DNA from: Candidatus Versatilivorator sp.
GTDB lineage: Bacteria > Acidobacteriota > Terriglobia > Versatilivoradales > Versatilivoraceae
DNA: 64,000 bases
Assembly: GCA_965207735.1 (NCBI GenBank)
Contig: OZ242296.1
Coordinates: 1,536,001 to 1,600,000 of the forward strand
Direction: 5' to 3'
Part shown: one piece after another, positions 58,714 to 64,000 of the stretch
How the letters are laid out: every line of letters starts with the position of its first letter
Position numbering within the stretch: position 1 is the stretch's first letter
Position numbers and translations under genes: made by a program
The notes under the pieces: generated by a model
Told to the model about the DNA's origin: nothing
Database searches by the model: none
The model's input: the letters and a program-made list of their open reading frames with translations, nothing else

Positions 58714-60549
58714 CTACCGAACGACTCCGGCCGGCCCGTCCGCGGCCGCCTGCCGGCGCGGCAGATAGTCGACCCTGACCTCGAGTTTCTCCACCGTCAT
58801 GGCCGGGTCGTCGGCCTTGCGCCCCTTCGCCAGTATGCCGATCAGGTTCTCTCCCACCGCGAACAGATCGGGGTCGGCCCGGTAGATCACCCACCCTTCC
58901 TTCGCCATGCCCTTGTCCAGAAGCGCCCCGTTTACCCGCACTTCCAGTCCGGCTTCGATTCCCCGCCTGGGGGGCGAGGTATACAACTGGGGGTTGTCCC
59001 AGAAAGGATTGATCGACGCCCTGTCGATGGTCTGTTCAGCCGGCAGCCCACGGGTCGCCGAGTCCGAAAGCAGCAACGCCAGGGCCAGATCCCCGATCTG
59101 TGCGGCGTGATCGGCGACGCGGTCCCCGACCCGCAGCTGAATCAGGGTGTCCACCTTCCCGGAATTGTCCAGCCGGGCCGGCAACTGGGCCAGCATGTTG
59201 GTGTTCTGGTATGCGGAACGGGGCGTACGCCACTCGTGCACGTCGGGCCCCCCGGAGCCGCCCCCGCCTCTGCGTTGCACCACGAAGGTCTTGTCCAGGT
59301 ATCGAAGAGTTTCGGGGCTGCCCAGTTCCTTGTAGGCCTGCTGGTTGACCTGGACCCGATCGGAATCGTCGAAGTAGGCCTGGTGGACGAACATCCCGGT
59401 CCTTTCCCTGACTTCCGGCGAGGCGACGGCCCAGTTGAAGGCCTGCAGGCCGTCGATGCCCTGCTGCCACCAGTTGGCCGCCACACCCCGCTGGACCTCG
59501 ATGGGCGGCCAGGAGTAGCCGTCGGTGCAGTGATGATCGTCCAGAGTGGCGTAGACCTTGATCGGCTTGTTCCCTATCAGGTGACGGAAACGCTCGATCT
59601 CGAGCTCATAGGACCGCACTCCCAGTACCAGGATATCCACCAGGTTGTCTCGAACCCAAGTCTCCACGTCCAGGCCGTCGAATTGGCAGCCGACCAGGGT
59701 GTCGGGGATCCGGGTCGCCACCAGGAAGGGGCGCCCGCGCCGCTTCTCCACCTTCAGGGTAACGGCTCTCAGATCGCGGAGGAACTGGCTCACTGCCCGC
59801 CGGTTGGCCCACATCCGGCCGGCAGGCAGGTTGTTGGGTCCGCGGGCGAAATCCACCTCCAGTCCGTCGAAGTCATAGTCCTCGGCCAATTCCCGCAGGA
59901 CGCTCAGCTTTCGAGCCCGCACCTCCGGAATGGCGAAATTCCACTTGGCGTTACCCCACTCGTCCTTCACCACCCAGTCGGGGTGAGCCTCGGCAAACTC
60001 CTTGCCGAACTCGGTGTGGCTGGTGCCGTCGCTGATCCGGTAGGAATAGAAACTCTCGATCCCCCGCTTCTTGGTTTCCTCCAGGTACACCTTGGCGATG
60101 TTGATCCCTTCCTTCTCCCACCGATAGATGGTCTCCACGTTGCCGCCCATGTAGTAGCCCTGGGCCAGGGCGCTGTCCCGGGCGGTCATGGGCCGGGCCT
60201 TCATGGGAAACAACTGGTCCAGGCACCACCACTGCCCGTCAATCTGGCTGCCAGGCTCATCGGTGAATCCCAGTTCGTAGGTCATCAGATTGTCGATGCT
60301 GACCTGTCGCTGAATGGCCGCCAGCAGGCCGTCGGCCGGATGGTTGACCACGATTCTCCGCTTGGCCTTGACCGCGGCAATGTGCTCGGGAGACAGCTTG
60401 AACTCCCGGTCGGCCGCTCTGTGGCTCTGGGAGGAAACCAGAGCCAGTCCGGCAAGCAGCCCGGCCGCGGTCAGCGCACCCAGGACCCGGTGGCCCTTGG
60501 CTGCCGGGCGGCGCTGGTCTCCGACAGCATGAGTCCGTTTCTTGATCAT
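58714..60549 (-). CDS. Exported GHL10-like glycoside hydrolase
   Basis: YDFDGLEVDFAR, DGYSWPPIEV, DKTFVVQRRGGGGSG shared with 54675-56450. Confidence 0.72.
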   Translation of the reverse strand: MIKKRTHAVGDQRRPAAKGHRVLGALTAAGLLAGLALVSSQSHRAADREFKLSPEHIAAVKAKRRIVVNHPADGLLAAIQRQVSIDNLMTYELGFTDEPGSQIDGQWWCLDQLFPMKARPMTARDSALAQGYYMGGNVETIYRWEKEGINIAKVYLEETKKRGIESFYSYRISDGTSHTEFGKEFAEAHPDWVVKDEWGNAKWNFAIPEVRARKLSVLRELAEDYDFDGLEVDFARGPNNLPAGRMWANRRAVSQFLRDLRAVTLKVEKRRGRPFLVATRIPDTLVGCQFDGLDVETWVRDNLVDILVLGVRSYELEIERFRHLIGNKPIKVYATLDDHHCTDGYSWPPIEVQRGVAANWWQQGIDGLQAFNWAVASPEVRERTGMFVHQAYFDDSDRVQVNQQAYKELGSPETLRYLDKTFVVQRRGGGGSGGPDVHEWRTPRSAYQNTNMLAQLPARLDNSGKVDTLIQLRVGDRVADHAAQIGDLALALLLSDSATRGLPAEQTIDRASINPFWDNPQLYTSPPRRGIEAGLEVRVNGALLDKGMAKEGWVIYRADPDLFAVGENLIGILAKGRKADDPAMTVEKLEVRVDYLPRRQAAADGPAGVVR

Positions 60550-60719
60550 GGCAATAAACCTCCCATCCCTCTACAAGTCACAAATAACTCCTACCCCTTT
60601 CGAGGATCTGTCCCAACCCCTCTTGCGCTCCTACAAGATCGTTACGCATCAACGATCCAAGAGCCGCGTCCCGGCCGTGAGGGACCGCATGCCGAATAAC
60701 GCGACCTAAGCGCGATGCC

Positions 60720-61166
60720 CTACTTCCGTCGCGAGTCCCGATACAGCTGAATATAGTCTTCGACCGGGGTTGCGGCGATGGTTTCGCCGATGACCTCCAG
60801 GGGCAGGTCCTCCAGCCTTTTGAAGCGCACGCAGGACTTGCCCATATCCAGTTTTTTGCCGCTGGCCCTGAACTTTTCTTCAAACCCTGCTCTGGTTCCC
60901 TGGTGGCTGTAGACGCACATCAGGTAGAGCCCCATATGGTGCTTCTGCGAAGCCAGACCGGCAAACATCAGCGGCTGCTTGTTGTAGGTGTCGGGACAGC
61001 GCGCCAGCGGAACTTCGTAGCAGATCATGCCCCAGTTCATGGTCTCGACGTAGCCCGGCGGCAGATGGTCCAGTATCACCCGTCGCACGGCCCTCAGGGC
61101 GTCGGCACGCTCCTCGGAAAGCTCCTGCAGGTACTCTTCAACGGTGGCGGCGCTGCTTCTTGCCAT
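60720..61166 (-). CDS. DUF1801 family protein
   Basis: LPPGYVETMNWGMICY, LDMGKSCVRFK. Confidence 0.88.
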   Translation of the reverse strand: MARSSAATVEEYLQELSEERADALRAVRRVILDHLPPGYVETMNWGMICYEVPLARCPDTYNKQPLMFAGLASQKHHMGLYLMCVYSHQGTRAGFEEKFRASGKKLDMGKSCVRFKRLEDLPLEVIGETIAATPVEDYIQLYRDSRRK

Positions 61167-61234
61167 GAATGCACCCTCTCAGGACCAACATTCCCCTGTA
61201 GCGGCAACTCCGCACCCTACACCCGGGCAAGCTA

Positions 61235-61609
61235 TCAAGCCAGCTTCCTCCAGGCCTCCCAGACCAGCAATCCCCAACCCAGCAGAAAGCACAGGCCCCC
61301 CAGGGGGGTGACAGCTCCCAGGCTTCGAACTCCGGTGAGGCTTAGCGCGTAAAGACTTCCGGAAAAGAGAAGGATTCCTGCCAACCAGAGCCAGCCGGCC
61401 CACTGAAAGACGGCGCCGCCCCACCGGTCCATGGCCAGGGCCAGCGCCACCAACCCCAGCCCATGGAGGATCTGGTAGCGGACTCCGGTCTCAAAGACCG
61501 CCAGCAGATCGGCGGAAAGGCGCTGCTTGAGGCCGTGGGCGCCAAACGCGCCGGCGGCAACCGCCAGACCCACCATCAGGCAGCCCATCCCAAACCAGAA
61601 TCTTGCCAT
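61235..61609 (-). CDS. DUF423 (YgdD/TMEM256) membrane protein
   Basis: AGAFGAHGL, FSGSLY, TPLGG. Confidence 0.92.
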   Translation of the reverse strand: MARFWFGMGCLMVGLAVAAGAFGAHGLKQRLSADLLAVFETGVRYQILHGLGLVALALAMDRWGGAVFQWAGWLWLAGILLFSGSLYALSLTGVRSLGAVTPLGGLCFLLGWGLLVWEAWRKLA

Positions 61610-61731
61610 TGCGGAATCTCCTCGAAAACGCTCGTCGTCCCGCGGAAACCGGCTGCCCGGCGCGCCCTCCGGGGCGCCTCCCGCGTTTTTCCCCGCCCCT
61701 GGGAATCCCTCTTCAGCGGAACGGCCTTCTC

Positions 61732-62160
61732 TTATTCCGCGCCCCCGCCGCCGGACGGCCAGAGGCGCCGCAACTCCGAAAGGGGCATCTTCTCCAGCCA
61801 GCTCTTGGACCGGCGCTTCAGGTAGACCCGGGTGCCATCCCCGGCAGGCTCCATCCAGAAAGCCTCCCACCGCTCAGCGCCCAGTTCGTTGAGCCGTGCC
61901 TGGCTGGATTGGGGACCTTCGTGCGGCAGGTCCACAATCTTGTATTCCCAGTCGCCGATCCGGTGCAGATCCTGGCGGGCCCACTCCAGGGCATCCTTGG
62001 GGACCTGCTGTCCCGACTCCCGGGCCTGCTGGTAAAGTTCCTGGACCCGCTGCTTCAGGGCCGCCACCCGGTCATCGGGCGAGGCCGGGAGGTCCGGGTC
62101 CGAGGCGCAGCCTGCCAGGGGCGCCGCCAGCAACAGGAGCAGGAATCCGGATCTGATCAT
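61732..62160 (-). CDS. Hypothetical lipoprotein
   Basis: LAGC lipobox; WEYKIV...LNELGAERWE (DUF4177-like). Confidence 0.7.
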   Translation of the reverse strand: MIRSGFLLLLLAAPLAGCASDPDLPASPDDRVAALKQRVQELYQQARESGQQVPKDALEWARQDLHRIGDWEYKIVDLPHEGPQSSQARLNELGAERWEAFWMEPAGDGTRVYLKRRSKSWLEKMPLSELRRLWPSGGGGAE

Positions 62161-62792
62161 GGGACCTCTATTGTCTCCATCCCGACCCAAAAGTCCAACC
62201 CTGATCCGCGAGAGCAGCTTGTCGGAAACAAAAGAAAAAAGACATAAAGAGTTATCCACGAAGGGACACGAAGAACGACGAAGGGGCACTAAGGCGCTGA
62301 GGTTAACCGAGACGGGGTACCAAGGTCGCGACGGGATGGTCGATTTCTGGTTGTTTCACTCTCGAATGATCCGCCCGGCAGGGCGGGGGCAGGGCTCGCG
62401 GGCAAACGGGAGTTTCCCAGAGGGCGCCGGTCGGCTTTCAGAGAAGTCGCCCCCCGGATACGCTGCACCGCACCATTGGGACGACCCACCCGGGAGCGCG
62501 GGAGTCCCGCCCGCACACGACTTGGCACCATTGTAACGATCCCCACAATGGCCGGTTTGGTGCACTGTGAGATGAAGTGGCCCTGAATCGCAGGCTGTTT
62601 GCACGAACAAGGTTGCGGGCGGGACGCCCGCGCTCCCGGGGGGAATTCTCCCCTGACGTCGTCGCAGTAAAGGAGGTCCATCGGTCTTTGTGTTAATTCG
62701 TCTTCATTCGTGGTTCATCTTCATTAGGGGCGCCTCCCGGCGCTGATCCGAAAGCGATGGAAAGAGGCCGGCGGCTGTACTAAGATCACGGC

Positions 62793-64000
62793 ATGGCTCT
62801 ACGGATTCTCGGTCTGTGGCTGCTTCTGGGACAGCTGGCTGTCGCGGCGGTGGTCGGCGTGGAAGTTCGGGGCCGGTCAGAGGTCCTGCACGGCCGCGGC
62901 TTCGGCGCGGCGGGCACCTACGAGAAGATCCATGGAAGGGTCTTCTTCGAAGTCGACCCCCGGCTGGAACAGAACCGAATCATCTGCGACATCGACCTGG
63001 CGCCTCGCAACCGGCGAGGCAAAGTGGAGTTCTCCTCCGATTTTTATCTCATCCGACCCACCCTTCCCGGCAAGGGCAACGGGACCGTCCTCTACGAGGT
63101 CTGCAATCGAGGCCGCAAGGGGATGCTGGGCATGTTCAGCCGGGCGACTTCATCCCGGGAACTGACCACCCCGACGGAGTTTGGAGACGCGCTGCTGCTG
63201 GACCACGGCTTCAGCCTGGCCTGGCTGGGCTGGCAGTTCGACGTGCCCCGGGTTTCCAATCGTCTGAGGCTGTACGCTCCGGTGGCCAGGCAGGGCTCTA
63301 CACCCATCCGAGGGCTGGTTCGTGCCGAATTCGTTCCCGAAACCAGGGTCCGAAGCTTCCCCCTGGCCGACCGGAACATGGAGCCCGCCTATCCCGCCAT
63401 CGACCCGGATGACCCCGACCTGAAGCTGACCGTCAGAGACCTGACCGACGGTCCCAGAAAGATCGTCCCGCGCAAGCACTGGCGGCTGGCCCGGGAGGAA
63501 AACGGAAAACTGGTCGCCAGCAGCGGGCAGGTCTTCATGGCCTCGGGATTCGAAGCGGGGCGAATCTACGAGCTGGTCTATGCGGCCGAGAATCCGACAC
63601 TGGTGGGACTGGGCCCGGCGGCCACCCGCGACTTCATCGCATTCCTGAAGTATGGCGGAGCCTTCAAGGAGGGCGGGGCGGCGCCGGGGTTGGGGTCCAG
63701 TGTTCGGAGAGCCATCGGCTTCGGGACGTCCCAGAGCGGGCGCTTCCTTCGAACCTTTCTCTATTACGGGTTCAATCAGGACGAGGGGGGCCGCCGGGTC
63801 TTCGACGGAGTCCTGTCCCACGTGGCCGGCGCCAGCCGGGGCAGCTTCAACCACCGGTTCGCCCAGCCCTCCCGGGACGCCCACTCCTTCATGAACACCT
63901 TTTATCCCACCGTCATCTATCCCTTTGCCGACCTTCCGCAGCCGGACCGTGAAAGAGGCCTCAAAGAGGGGGTGCTCGACCGCAGCCGCCGGCAGGAGTC
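62793..64000 (+). CDS. Secreted alpha/beta hydrolase domain protein (partial, runs off the window)
   Basis: Own translation: signal peptide, DIDLAPRN, GWQFDV, GTSQSGRFLR, FNHRFAQPSR. Confidence 0.85.
   Translation, partial: MALRILGLWLLLGQLAVAAVVGVEVRGRSEVLHGRGFGAAGTYEKIHGRVFFEVDPRLEQNRIICDIDLAPRNRRGKVEFSSDFYLIRPTLPGKGNGTVLYEVCNRGRKGMLGMFSRATSSRELTTPTEFGDALLLDHGFSLAWLGWQFDVPRVSNRLRLYAPVARQGSTPIRGLVRAEFVPETRVRSFPLADRNMEPAYPAIDPDDPDLKLTVRDLTDGPRKIVPRKHWRLAREENGKLVASSGQVFMASGFEAGRIYELVYAAENPTLVGLGPAATRDFIAFLKYGGAFKEGGAAPGLGSSVRRAIGFGTSQSGRFLRTFLYYGFNQDEGGRRVFDGVLSHVAGASRGSFNHRFAQPSRDAHSFMNTFYPTVIYPFADLPQPDRERGLKEGVLDRSRRQE

Overview
GC-rich bacterial chromosome segment. The gene repertoire (Tat-exported hydrolases, PhyH dioxygenases, sterol reductases, many REP/MITE repeats) is reminiscent of Acidobacteriota or sponge-symbiont genomes; this taxonomy is inference only. 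The left half (1-32.5 kb) is an accessory/defence mosaic. It holds a vsr / ParB-like / Mrr-like / C5-methyltransferase module beside a P4-type tyrosine integrase, a tandem STAND-ATPase pair, three IS elements (IS1380 with an internal deletion, IS5/IS1182-like, frameshifted IS1634), a truncated PLD-like gene, a two-gene sterol-reductase cassette, an AbiE-like pair with a truncated toxin, toxin-antitoxin relics, and a wHTH + HEPN-like pair. The right half is mostly metabolic: BCCT transporter, PhyH enzymes, enolase, CoA-transferase, a CzcCBA-type efflux pump and glycoside-hydrolase-like paralogues, with intergenic spaces packed with several repeat families. No rRNA, tRNA or CRISPR array was recognised. 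The best candidates for undescribed systems are the ParB/Mrr-like/MTase/Vsr module, the effector-less tandem STAND pair, the wHTH-HEPN pair, the sterol cassette, and two small inverted-repeat elements whose interiors are flipped between copies.
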